A DNA stretch of 64,000 bases from an uncultured delta proteobacterium (GCA_963745035.1 CAVUVW010000016.1:32001-96000), one strand, 5' to 3'. Shown: positions 10,795-20,580, counted from the first letter of the stretch. A program made the numbers and translations. Notes: a model not told the origin generated them from the sequence alone.

Positions 10795-11115
10795 ATGAGA
10801 CAAACTTGCTTTGTGTGTCAAAACGTCGACTGCCAGAGCCGCGGCTCGGAACAATTGATGGACGAAATTTCCAAACAGGTGGCGGCGCGGTCCGTGGACG
10901 CCGAGGTGAAGCCGTATATCTGTTTCGGCGGATGCGAATACGGTCCCAATGTCGTCGTTCATCCGCAAAAAGTCTGGTACGCGGGGGTCCAATCTAAAGA
11001 CGTGCCGGAGATCGTCGATTCGCTGGCCGGCGGCCCGCCGGTTTCGCGGCTCGACACCATCGATCCGTCCTTGAAAGAGATCGTCTACTCGCTGCTCGAT
11101 AGCGGCGTGTTCTAG
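10795..11115 (+). CDS. Thioredoxin-like [2Fe-2S] ferredoxin
   Basis: VCQNVDC...CFGGCEYGPNVVVHP..VWY. Confidence 0.85.
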   Translation: MRQTCFVCQNVDCQSRGSEQLMDEISKQVAARSVDAEVKPYICFGGCEYGPNVVVHPQKVWYAGVQSKDVPEIVDSLAGGPPVSRLDTIDPSLKEIVYSLLDSGVF

Positions 11116-11220
11116 ACGAGCAGAAGGGCGTAGCCATACGCCCTACAGAAATCCTGGTTTTGGGTCCCCTTCGCCCGAAGTGGATCAGCCTCAGACTTCT
11201 ATCGTCCGAATGGAGCGATG

Positions 11221-11613
11221 CTAGCGCTCTAACGGGCTGTCTAACGCGCGGACGAAAACTTCCATTCGCTCTGCGCCGATGATTTCCACTTCGGTGCCGG
11301 ATCTGAGCACGTGGTCGGCGGGACTGGCCACCGCGCGCCAAAGCTCGCCGCGAACGCGGATGTAGCCTTTCGGCGTGAGATCTCCTTCCGCGATTCCCTT
11401 CGAACCGACTAAACGGGCCGACCCGGTCACCCCCGGTTCATAAGCGCGCCGAAAAAAACGATAGAGGAGCAGATCTTTTAGCAACCATCCGAAGAAGCAA
11501 AGAACGGCGATCCCTTTTGTGAGAAATTCCCAGTGTACGAGAGCTGTCAAGACTGCCGCCGCGATTATCCAGCCGGGAATCTGAAACAACAAATATTTGA
11601 TTGGAGGCGACAC
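11221..11613 (-). CDS. NfeD-like membrane protein (C-terminal OB domain)
   Basis: Two TM segments then LVGSKGIAEGDLTPKGYIRVRGELWRA. Confidence 0.8.
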   Translation of the reverse strand: MSPPIKYLLFQIPGWIIAAAVLTALVHWEFLTKGIAVLCFFGWLLKDLLLYRFFRRAYEPGVTGSARLVGSKGIAEGDLTPKGYIRVRGELWRAVASPADHVLRSGTEVEIIGAERMEVFVRALDSPLER

Positions 11614-11814
11614 GATGCCGGTGCGCTCTGAAATACGATCCTAGTGGAGGAGTGTTTTCATTGAGTCCACTCGGTGATCCGAAGCCATGCAGACGACCTC
11701 GTCATCATAAATACGCGTCTTGCGGTATGTCAATCGAGCCATCGCTTCCGAGTGCGGTTGACAGTCGTCAACGCAAAGCGCTATGCACACGACAGGCGAG
11801 CCGGAGGTCGATGC

Positions 11815-12843
11815 ATGAACAAGGTTGCGCGTAGCGACAGTGTGGCGCTCCTCGACCGCGACATGGCGGAGAAGAATCTGTCGGGTTATTGGCGCCTCGG
11901 CATGGAAGGGCTGCCGCCGCACCCGACGACTTCCGTGCAGCCCTGTCTGTGGAAATGGGCCGATGTGCACGGGAGTTTGCGGCGCGCCGGCGAAGTGATC
12001 AGTCTGGAGCATAGCGAGCGCCGCGTGGTGCGCCTGGTCAATCCGGGCCTCGATCCGCGATACGGTTTCGCGAGTCATACGATTCAAATTTCCTTTCAGT
12101 ACGTAAAACCGGGCGAGAACGCGCGGGCGCATCGCCACACACCGGCGGCGCTGCGGTTCGTGGTTCAAGGCAGCGGCGCTTACACCACCGTCAACGGCCA
12201 GCAATGCGTCATGGAACCCGGCGACCTGATTCTCACGCCCAAGCTCACCTGGCACGATCACTCCAATGAATCAAAGGAGCCGATCCTCTGGCTCGACGGC
12301 TTGGATTTTCCGCTGGTCACCGCTCTCCATCAAGTGATGCAAGAGCGCTATCCGGAGCGGCGGCAGCCGATCGAGAAAAATAGCGAAGAGGTGATGGAGA
12401 AACTCGGCGCGTCTCCGCGCGAAGGCGTGCCGCTTGCGGAATTCTTTCATTACAAGTGGCGCGACACGGAAAAGAGCCTGCGCGCTTTGGCGGATTCGTC
12501 CGCCGCAAGGAGCCGCTTTGACGGCTATCTGCTGGAATATCGCAATATCAATGGCGGGCCGACGATGACGACGATCCAATGCGCAGTGCAGCTCCTGCCC
12601 GCAGCGCACCAAACCGACTCGCATCGGCACACGAGCACGGTCATCTATCACGTGTTTCGCGGCTCCGGCTCGACCGAAATCGCCGAGCGCCGCTTCGACT
12701 GGGAGCAGGGCGACTCCTTCGTGGTGCCGCTGTGGCATGCTCACCGGCACATGAATCGCTCTACCTCAGATGAAGCGGTTTTATTTTCCATGAGCGACGC
12801 GCCCATGCTGAAAGCGCTCGACCTCTATCGCGAGGACTTCTAA
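11815..12843 (+). CDS. Gentisate 1,2-dioxygenase-like bicupin
   Basis: ERRVVRLVNPGL, AHRHTPAALRF, WHDH, WLDGLD.PLV, second cupin HRHTST. Confidence 0.85.
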   Translation: MNKVARSDSVALLDRDMAEKNLSGYWRLGMEGLPPHPTTSVQPCLWKWADVHGSLRRAGEVISLEHSERRVVRLVNPGLDPRYGFASHTIQISFQYVKPGENARAHRHTPAALRFVVQGSGAYTTVNGQQCVMEPGDLILTPKLTWHDHSNESKEPILWLDGLDFPLVTALHQVMQERYPERRQPIEKNSEEVMEKLGASPREGVPLAEFFHYKWRDTEKSLRALADSSAARSRFDGYLLEYRNINGGPTMTTIQCAVQLLPAAHQTDSHRHTSTVIYHVFRGSGSTEIAERRFDWEQGDSFVVPLWHAHRHMNRSTSDEAVLFSMSDAPMLKALDLYREDF

Positions 12844-12854
12844 CTCAGAAAGGA

Positions 12855-13826
12855 GTGTTTATGCTCCACATGAGTCTCCCCGGCGTACGGGTCTGGGCGA
12901 TGCTGCTGTGTCTGCAAGTCGTTGTCTTGCTCTGGCGGATTCCACCGGCGTCGGCTGTAGAAGATCTTCTTGTCTCCTACGCCGGTCCGACCGTCACGTT
13001 CCTGCCCGCGGAAGTGGCACGCCAACGCGGTTTTTTCCGCGAGCAGAACCTCGACATTAAATTGCTGCTTACAAGATCAGAGGTCGACCGCGCCGCGCTG
13101 GTGAGCGGCAGCGTCGACTACACGCTCAGGGCCGGGTCAAGCTTCGTCTCCGCGGCGCGAGGCTTGCCGGTGCGGATCGTTTTGCTCGGCACGATGAGAC
13201 CGTTCTGGGGCTTGGTGGTGCGCCCGGATGTAAATTCCGTGCGCGAGCTCAAGGGAAAATCGGTGGGCGTGCCGGGATTTCTTGGCTCGCAGCATGTTTC
13301 CGCGAAATTCATCTTAAAGCATCATGGGCTCGACCCCGATAAAGACGTCGTCTATCGCGTGGTCGATACCGGCTCGCGCATCGGCGCGGTCCTGTCGGGC
13401 TCCATCGACAGCTCGATGATGGACTACGGAGAAGCGTTCCGAGCGAAGAAAGCCGGTCTCAAGTTGATCGTCAATGCCGCCGAGCTGCACGGTCTGCTGG
13501 CGGGCGGTCTCGCGGTCAATACGAAGAAGCTGAAGGAACAGCCCGATCAAGTGCGGCGCATGCTGAAGGCAATGACACAGGCGTTAAGATACATGCAAGA
13601 GAATCCCGAAGGCACGCAACAGGTCATGATGAGCTGGCTCAAGCTCGATCGCGAGATGGCGGCCGATATCTACAAATTGGCGGTCAACAACTATACGAAG
13701 AACGGCATGGTGGAAGAGACGATGCTCAACTCGCTTGTCACGGCCATGCTGGCCGAGGCGGGTATCAAGAACGTCGCGCCGTCTCAGTTGGTGGATTTTA
13801 CGTTACTACAGCAAGCGCTTAAATAA
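12855..13826 (+). CDS. ABC-type substrate-binding protein, SsuA/THI5-like
   Basis: GFFREQNLD, ELKGKSVGV, GLDPDKDV. Confidence 0.85.
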   Translation: MFMLHMSLPGVRVWAMLLCLQVVVLLWRIPPASAVEDLLVSYAGPTVTFLPAEVARQRGFFREQNLDIKLLLTRSEVDRAALVSGSVDYTLRAGSSFVSAARGLPVRIVLLGTMRPFWGLVVRPDVNSVRELKGKSVGVPGFLGSQHVSAKFILKHHGLDPDKDVVYRVVDTGSRIGAVLSGSIDSSMMDYGEAFRAKKAGLKLIVNAAELHGLLAGGLAVNTKKLKEQPDQVRRMLKAMTQALRYMQENPEGTQQVMMSWLKLDREMAADIYKLAVNNYTKNGMVEETMLNSLVTAMLAEAGIKNVAPSQLVDFTLLQQALK

Positions 13827-13832
13827 ACTTGC

Positions 13833-14315
13833 ATGGAAATGACAACCAAAAGCTCACCTCGTTCAACTCGGTGCTGGCTGTTTGTCTTGACCGGTTATGT
13901 GCTTGCGGCGGCGGCATTCGATCCAAGTGAAGTGACCAACGCCGAGTATTTCAAGTTTGTTCAAGCCACTCGCCATTCCGCTCCCGAATATTGGATCAAC
14001 GGCCGCTTCCCGGAAGGCCGCGGCAGCGAACCGGTCGTGCTCGTGAACTTTGACGAGGCAGTGTCCTATTGCCGATTCGCCGGAAAGCGCTTGCCGACAG
14101 TGGACGAATGGAAATCAACCTGCGACGCTGGCAAGCTCAAAAAGCGCGGCGATATTTGGGAGTGGACTTCGACCGATGTCGATCAGGGCGGCCAAACTTA
14201 CAAAGCACTTTGCGGCCCAAGCAATACCTGCGACTGCTCGCACCGCTATTTGCCGCACTGGAAAAATGGTGTCAAAGGATTTCGCTGTGTGCAGGATGCG
14301 ACGCCGGTGACGTAG
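13833..14315 (+). CDS. Small exported FGE/SUMF1-domain protein
   Basis: EVTNAEY..FV, PVVLVNFDEAVSYC...GKRLPT.DEW, G.IWEWT, GFRC. Confidence 0.75.
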   Translation: MEMTTKSSPRSTRCWLFVLTGYVLAAAAFDPSEVTNAEYFKFVQATRHSAPEYWINGRFPEGRGSEPVVLVNFDEAVSYCRFAGKRLPTVDEWKSTCDAGKLKKRGDIWEWTSTDVDQGGQTYKALCGPSNTCDCSHRYLPHWKNGVKGFRCVQDATPVT

Positions 14316-14471
14316 TTGACAAGAATTGTTTCAGGTTGGCGTGCTTCTAGGTTCCTCCACGCTGGCGCTTCCGTCATCAAGCTTGCCAGCTCATAATTTC
14401 GATCTTGCCAGGCTGACTCGAGCCATATATGAGCTAGAGAGTATTTCACCCTCTAATCCAGGAGCGACTTC

Positions 14472-16194
14472 ATGGAAACAAACAAAACGGTAACCGTTCC
14501 GGTAGAAAACGTCGGGCAGGCGTATTTGGAAATCCTCCGCGCGCGCGGGATCAAGTATTTTTTCGGCAACAGCGGGACGGACTTCGGGCCGATCATCGAC
14601 GGGCTTGGCGAAATTTGGCGCGGAGAAGAAAGCCCATCCGATGCCGATCACGGTGCCGCATGAATTCGTCGCCGTCAGCATGGCGCAGGGATATGCCATG
14701 ATCACGGGCGAGCCGCAGGTCGTCATGGTGCACGTGATTGTCGGAACGGGAAATGCCTCCGCCGCTGTAATGAATGCCTCGCGTCTCAACGTGCCGATGA
14801 TTTTTTCCGCGGGCCGGACGCCGCTCACGGAAGAAGGGCTGCGCGGGAGCCGGAGCAATTTCATCCACTGGGGTCAGGAGTCCTTCGATCAGGGAAGCTT
14901 GCTGCGCGAGTTCACGCGCTGGGACTACGAGCTGCGCAACGGCGATCAACTCGAAGCGGTCGTCGATCGCGCGCTCGAGATGGCGCTCGGTAACCCGCAA
15001 GGCCCGGTCTATTTGACGTTGCCGCGTGAAGTTCTCGCGCAAAAAATGGATTCGGTTACGATTCATCCTTTTCGAAAGAACACGGCGGAGGCTTTGCGAC
15101 CCAGCGACGAGACCATCCGGCGCACCGCGGATGTGCTGCGCGGCGCGGTGAATCCGGTTATCATTACCGGCCGCCTGGGCTCGGATCCGACCGCCGTAGG
15201 CGCGATGGTTTCGTTCGCCGAAGCGCTGGTGGCGCCCGTGGTCACGCCGGCGAGCCCGTTTGTCAGTTTTCCCAATACGCATGATTTTCATCTCGGCGTG
15301 AGCTCCGCGCCCTACGTCAAGGACGCGGACGTGATCGTCGTGGTCGAGAGCGATGTGCCGTGGTATCCGGTACAGGGCAAACCGCCGGAGAGCTGCAAGG
15401 TGATCCAAATCGCGCGCGACCCCAATTACGGCGGCATTCCGATTCGCCATTTTCCCAAGGATATTTCCATCGGCGGCGATCCGAAACTTGCTTTGGAGCT
15501 GCTCGCGCAGGAATTGAAAGTCCGGCCGGGAAACACGAAATTCGCGGCGGAGCGCGCCGAGCGGATTCGCTCCCAGCACAGACAGCATCGCGAGCGATTA
15601 AAGCAAAAAGCTGAAAAGGCGAGCGGGGAAAGGCCCATCGATACCGGCTGGTTGTCCTACTGCGTCGATCAAGTGAGAGACAAGGACACGCTCATCGTCA
15701 ACGATCACGGCGTGTCGCAAGAGCATTTGAGCTTGAGCGAGCCCGCGAGTTACTTCGGCGGCTCGCCGGCCGGCGGTCTCGGCTGGGGGATCGGCGGCGC
15801 ATTGGGCATGAAGCTCGCTCATCCGGAAAAAACCGTGATCACGAGCTGCGGCGATGGGACATACATGTTCAACAACCCGACCGCCTGTCATTTCGTATCG
15901 CAGGCGTATCATCTGCCGACGCTCACGATCGTGTGCAACAATGCGATCTGGCATTCGAGCAAGGCGGCCACGCAGCAAGTCCTGCCGGATGGCTGGGCGA
16001 CGAGCACGGGGAATTTTCCGCTCTGCGAGTTGTCGCCGTCGCCGCGCTACGAGATGGTGGTCGCCGCCCATGGCGGCTACGGCGAGATGGTGGATGATCC
16101 CGCTGAGCTTCCGGCCGCACTGAAGCGCGCGCTCAAAGTCGTCAAAGAAGAAAAACGCCAGGCCGTGCTGAATGTGATCTGCGGGAGTCATTGA
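14472..16194 (+). CDS. Thiamine pyrophosphate-requiring enzyme; frameshift near 14608
   Basis: FFGNSGTDFGP, VPHEFVAVSMAQG, PQGPVYLTLPRE, GDGTYMFN...NNAIW TPP motif. Confidence 0.9.
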
Positions 16195-16366
16195 ACGATT
16201 GTCCCGTTGATTCGTCTCATCGCAAATTCTCCAAGCAAATCTTCTCGCCGATGCACGCGACGGCTGCGCAATTTTTTCTACAGCGCGCGAAAATCCGCTC
16301 GTGTGCGGCGCCGCCGTGTAATCGGCGCCAATGTTCTTGCCGAAATAGTCGCCAAGGGCGAAAAAA

Positions 16367-16444
16367 TTATCCACAGTTGTGGATAACTGCGCTTTTGCAG
16401 AAATGACGTGTTGTTATCGACAACATCCACAGTGCTGTGAACAG
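16367..16444. promoter_or_regulatory. DnaA-box cluster
   Basis: Perfect TTATCCACA (16367-75) and inverted TGTGGATAA (16378-86), plus near matches TTATCGACA, ACATCCACA, TGTGAACAG; AT-rich tract follows. Confidence 0.65.
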
Positions 16445-16667
16445 ATGCCGCGCTACTCCGACGAAAAATTTTTCTAATTGCGCTGATTTCTGCTTGACAA
16501 ATTTGACAAGAAAAATTTAGAGTTGCGCCTCCTCGCATCATCGTTGGCACACAATTTAGTTTTTTTCACTGCGAAGGAGCTGTCTATCGTGTTCCCGATG
16601 TTGGACACGGAAAAGAGTGACGTTTGTCCAGTTCCAACAAGGACGGCCCGCACAGGAGGGTAGGCTC

Positions 16668-17945
16668 ATGATCGAAGTTCCCGGTTCTCAAAGACACAAA
16701 GCTTTGCTTGAAAGCCATTTTGGCTTTCGTGAAATGCCCTTCGGCGTGACTCCCGATCCGCGGTTTTTCTATGAGCATCCGCTGTATCTGGAGGGTCTGG
16801 CTGCGCTGATCCACGGAATCGAGTCGAAGAAAGGCTTCATGCTCGTGACCGGCGAAGTGGGAACAGGCAAGACGATCCTCTTGCGCAAGTTGATACGCCA
16901 CCTCGAGGCGCGCGTCCATTTCGTCTTCGTGTCCAACAGCCACCTCACATCCTACGGCTTGACCGAGTTGATCGTCCAGAATCTAGGCATAAGCAGCAAG
17001 GAGAAGAGCCGATTGGAAATGATTCAGGACTTGAACGGCTATCTCATCGAGCAGCTTCAGGCGGGCCACACCGTGACTTTATTGATCGATGAAGCGCAAA
17101 AGCTCAGCGATGAAGCCCTCGAGGGCCTTTGCGACCTGTCGAACTTGGAAACGGAGGAGGAAAAGTTACTGCAGATCGTGCTCGTGGGACAGCCGGAGGT
17201 GGCGGCCAAGTTGAACAAACCCTCCTTGCGCCGCATCAAGCAGCGCATCGCCTTGCACCACCGTCTCTATTCATTACAAACGCCGAGCGAGGTGGACTAC
17301 TATATTCGTCATCGCCTCAAGGTCGCGGGATATGAGGGACCTGAGCTTCTCAACAAAGAAGCGGTGGAAGCGACCTGGCAATATTCCGGAGGAACGCCCC
17401 GGTTGATCAATGTTCTTTGCGATAACGCGCTCGCGATGGCCTGCGTGGCGGCGAAGAAGAAGGTCTCTCCGTACATGATCATGAAGGCCGCCGGCGGCCT
17501 GCTGTTGGAGCCGAGCGCGGAAGCTCCAAAGATCACGCCGTCCGATGTCGGGCTTCTCAGGATGAAAGCCGCGGCGCCGAGAGACAATCCCAAACGCGCG
17601 GAGGCCAACGGCGTCCCGACGAACGGGAACGACTGGCCTGAATCATCGATTGCGTTGCGCGAGTCCGACCGCATGACGCTGTCGCGTTTCGCGACCAAAG
17701 GGCCGGCCGTCTCCGCGGTTTTTTTTGATCGTATGACGCGCGCCGCCACCGAAGCCATGGGTCCGATGGCCAACCGAATCCTCGGCGATCAGATTTCCGC
17801 GCTCGGAGAGTCGCGCCGCGCTTTTCCGCAGGCGAAGCTGGCGGAGCTCATCATAAGAGTGAGCGGGGAAATTTTAAATGAGACGATGAGAGCGCGATTT
17901 CAGAAGATCATGATCAACGAAATTGCCACTCTCAAAACGATGTAA
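16668..17945 (+). CDS. ExeA/GspA-like AAA ATPase with extra C-terminal helical domain
   Basis: HFGFREMPFGVTPDPRFFY, Walker A GEVGTGKT, Walker B LLIDEAQ, LVGQPE, SGGTPRLINVLCDNAL; no TM segment. Confidence 0.88.
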   Translation: MIEVPGSQRHKALLESHFGFREMPFGVTPDPRFFYEHPLYLEGLAALIHGIESKKGFMLVTGEVGTGKTILLRKLIRHLEARVHFVFVSNSHLTSYGLTELIVQNLGISSKEKSRLEMIQDLNGYLIEQLQAGHTVTLLIDEAQKLSDEALEGLCDLSNLETEEEKLLQIVLVGQPEVAAKLNKPSLRRIKQRIALHHRLYSLQTPSEVDYYIRHRLKVAGYEGPELLNKEAVEATWQYSGGTPRLINVLCDNALAMACVAAKKKVSPYMIMKAAGGLLLEPSAEAPKITPSDVGLLRMKAAAPRDNPKRAEANGVPTNGNDWPESSIALRESDRMTLSRFATKGPAVSAVFFDRMTRAATEAMGPMANRILGDQISALGESRRAFPQAKLAELIIRVSGEILNETMRARFQKIMINEIATLKTM

Positions 17946-17968
17946 GCGCAGCATCAAGGAGACGAGCC

Positions 17969-18721
17969 ATGAATCCGGAATCGCGACGGCTGGGCCTCAA
18001 GTGGAAGATCGGCGGCATTTTTACCGGTGTCATGTTGATCCTGGGCGTTTTTGTGATCGCCGCGGTGTATCGACTCACCGAAAGCGCGCTGCGAGATCAG
18101 CTCGACAAGCGGACTCTCGCCGTCGCCACCAACTTCAGCGATGCGGCGGCGGGACATATCGCCGCTAAAAATTCTCTCGCGCTTCATGCGCTGGCGCGCA
18201 AATACACGCTTCTCGACGGCGTCGCTTACGCCTACGTCGAAGATCCTAAAGGAGAGATCATCGCGCATACGTTGGGAACTTTTCCGGATGCCCTGCGGCA
18301 GGAAGTTTCCGCCAGCGACAAGCGTCAAACGAGGCGGCGGGAACTGTCACTCGGCGACCGCAGAGTCTACGAAGCCGCGGTGCCGGTTTTGGAAGGTCAG
18401 ATGGGCGGCGTTCGCGTCGGATTCTGGGCCGATGCGGTGCAAACGGAGATCCGCCGGGCGCTGCTGCCGATTATCGCCGTCGTTGCCGTCGTTCCCCTGG
18501 TCGGCGCGCTTTTATCTTTCTTGCTGGCGCACTGGATTGTTCGGCCGATCATTGGCTTAAGAGAAGTAGCCGACAAGGTCACCATGGGAGATCTGGAGAC
18601 TTCGGTGGGCGGCGATTGTGTCAGCTCGGGCGATGAGATCGGCGACTTGGCGCGCGCTCTCGAGCGCATGCGGTCGAGCCTCAGAGCGGCGATGTTGCGC
18701 CTGGGCAGGGAAGTAGCGTGA
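17969..18721 (+). CDS. Membrane sensor: TM-Cache-like-TM-HAMP with no output domain
   Basis: Two TM helices; periplasmic VAYAYVEDPKGEIIAHT; HAMP RPIIGLREVADKVTMGDL...DEIGDLARALERMR, then stop. Confidence 0.85.
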   Translation: MNPESRRLGLKWKIGGIFTGVMLILGVFVIAAVYRLTESALRDQLDKRTLAVATNFSDAAAGHIAAKNSLALHALARKYTLLDGVAYAYVEDPKGEIIAHTLGTFPDALRQEVSASDKRQTRRRELSLGDRRVYEAAVPVLEGQMGGVRVGFWADAVQTEIRRALLPIIAVVAVVPLVGALLSFLLAHWIVRPIIGLREVADKVTMGDLETSVGGDCVSSGDEIGDLARALERMRSSLRAAMLRLGREVA

Positions 18722-20043
18722 TGCGCTCGAAGGAGGAAATTATGCGCGCATGGTTGTTACAAGTCGTTTTTGCGCTGGTGATTGTCTTGCCGGTACGTGT
18801 GAGCGCGGCGGAGTCGCCGGCCAGTCGTCCGCTCGAGAAAGTGACGATCGCGTACAGCTCCATTTCAGGCAATATGGCGCCCTTGTGGATTACCCATGAG
18901 CGCGGCTTGTTCCGCAAGTACGGTCTCGACGCGCAGCTCGTTTTTATCGAGAGCGGCAGCACAACGGTGCAGAGCTTGATTTCCAAAGACGTCGCCTTTG
19001 CGCAAATGGCCGGCGCCGGGGTGATTCAAAGCCGCCTGCGCGGGTCGGACGTCGTGATGATCGCCGGAGTAATCAACACGCTGACGTTCAAATTCTTCGT
19101 CGATAAAAGCATCCAACAACCGGATCAACTCAAAGGAAAGGTCCTGGCTGTAACACGCTACGGCTCCTCGACGGATTTCGCGTTGCGCTACGCTCTCGAA
19201 AGGTACGGCCTTGCGCCAGACAAAGACGTCATGATTTTGCAGGCGAGCAATATGCCGGCGATCGTCGCGTCGCTCGAAAGCGGCAAGGTTCAGGGCGCCA
19301 TGTTGTCCGCGCCGTTCACGCTGACGGCGAAAAATATGGGGTTTCCCGTGATGGCCGATCTGCAGATGCTCGGCCTGGAGTATCAACACACCGGTCTGGC
19401 GACGACCCAGGCGCTGATCCGGACCCGTCCGGATCTGGTCCGCAACGCGATGAAGGCCTACGTGGAAGGTATTCACTACTACAAAACTCATCGCGCCGAA
19501 TCTTTGGCCGTTCTTGCGAAATACTTGAAGACCAACGACGCCGATGTTTTGGCGGAAGTTTACGACGATGTCGGGATCAACTTGACCGCTGAAAAGCCCT
19601 ATCCAACGCTGCGCGGGATCGGCATCATGCTGCGCGAGCTCGCCGCGACCAGTCCCAAAGCCGGCGCGGCTCGTCCCGAGGACTTCGTTGATTTGACTTT
19701 CATGAAAGAACTGGACGGCTCCGGGTTTATCGACCGACTTTACAAAAAGCCCTCGCCCGTCCTCGCCAGCCGCGAAAGCGCCGCGCCTTCGGTGAGTCAA
19801 AAAGCCCCGCCGGCAAGTGATAAAATCAAGCCGACCGGCGCGGAACCAAAATCGGTCGTGGCGGTCAACTCCGCCGAGAGCGCGCGCGAATACACCGTGG
19901 GGCCGGGCGATACATTGAGCAATATCGCCCGGAAATATTATGGCAATCCGTTCAAATGGGAGAAGATATTCCAGGCGAATCAGCCGGTCATGAAGAATCC
20001 CGACTACATCTACGTCGGGCAAAGGATCATCATTCCGTCTTGA
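18718..20043 (+). CDS. SsuA/THI5-like substrate-binding protein fused to C-terminal LysM domain
   Basis: GLFRKYGLD, LKGKVLAVTRYGSSTD; Pro/Ala/Ser linker; YTVGPGDTLSNIARKYYG...NPDYIYVGQRIIIP; start may be ATG 18721 or 18742. Confidence 0.88.
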   Translation: MMRSKEEIMRAWLLQVVFALVIVLPVRVSAAESPASRPLEKVTIAYSSISGNMAPLWITHERGLFRKYGLDAQLVFIESGSTTVQSLISKDVAFAQMAGAGVIQSRLRGSDVVMIAGVINTLTFKFFVDKSIQQPDQLKGKVLAVTRYGSSTDFALRYALERYGLAPDKDVMILQASNMPAIVASLESGKVQGAMLSAPFTLTAKNMGFPVMADLQMLGLEYQHTGLATTQALIRTRPDLVRNAMKAYVEGIHYYKTHRAESLAVLAKYLKTNDADVLAEVYDDVGINLTAEKPYPTLRGIGIMLRELAATSPKAGAARPEDFVDLTFMKELDGSGFIDRLYKKPSPVLASRESAAPSVSQKAPPASDKIKPTGAEPKSVVAVNSAESAREYTVGPGDTLSNIARKYYGNPFKWEKIFQANQPVMKNPDYIYVGQRIIIPS

Positions 20044-20098
20044 CCGCGCGAACATGCAAATAGCGCATTTTCAACGAACATAGAAAGGAAGGTTAAAG

Positions 20099-20395
20099 AT
20101 GTCCGAAGAGTCCAAGAAGCCGGAGCAGCCCTTCGATCAGCTCATCCGCGTGCTGCAAGAAGGAGAAGCGCGAAGAATCAGCGAGTGCATCCAGGAAATC
20201 GATCACCGATTGCTGGATTGCCGGAAGTCATTGGATGAGTACAGGCGTTTGCGCACGACTTTGCGCTCGATCAACGGCCAGCTCTCCCGGCTGGGCGCCG
20301 AGCCATTGGCCGTCGCCGATGATCTGCCCACTCAGGATTTGAGCGAGATCATCAAGAGCCGCATCGATCACTTCAAATCCACGGGAAGAATCTAG
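20099..20395 (+). CDS. Hypothetical small helical/coiled-coil protein
   Basis: RBS AAAGGAAGG; amphipathic 98-aa ORF co-oriented with the operon. Confidence 0.65.
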   Translation: MSEESKKPEQPFDQLIRVLQEGEARRISECIQEIDHRLLDCRKSLDEYRRLRTTLRSINGQLSRLGAEPLAVADDLPTQDLSEIIKSRIDHFKSTGRI

Positions 20396-20551
20396 CGCGC
20401 GCATTGTGAACCGGGACTCGGCGTGAGATCAATCGGGTCGTTCCACGGGATCGGAGTTCTACGGCTCGATTTTCCTGATCAAAGTCGAAACTGACGGCGC
20501 TTCCAGCCGAGTCCGCGCTTGTCCCAACCCGCCAGTTGAGCGGAAGTTTCC

Positions 20552-20580
20552 GAACGGGGAGGACCTTCTCCTCCCCGTTC
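20552..20580. terminator. 12-bp stem-loop, probable terminator
   Basis: GAACGGGGAGGA-ccttc-TCCTCCCCGTTC between converging transcription units. Confidence 0.55.

Noticed and set aside
16545-16559. Sigma-54 promoter upstream of the ExeA-like gene (TGGCACACAATTTAG)
   Set aside because: The -12 GC element is missing; too weak to call.
16668-17945. Type II secretion locus or transposon TniB-like ATPase
   Set aside because: No gsp genes or transposase nearby; the N-terminal FG....PF..TPDP motif is ExeA-type.
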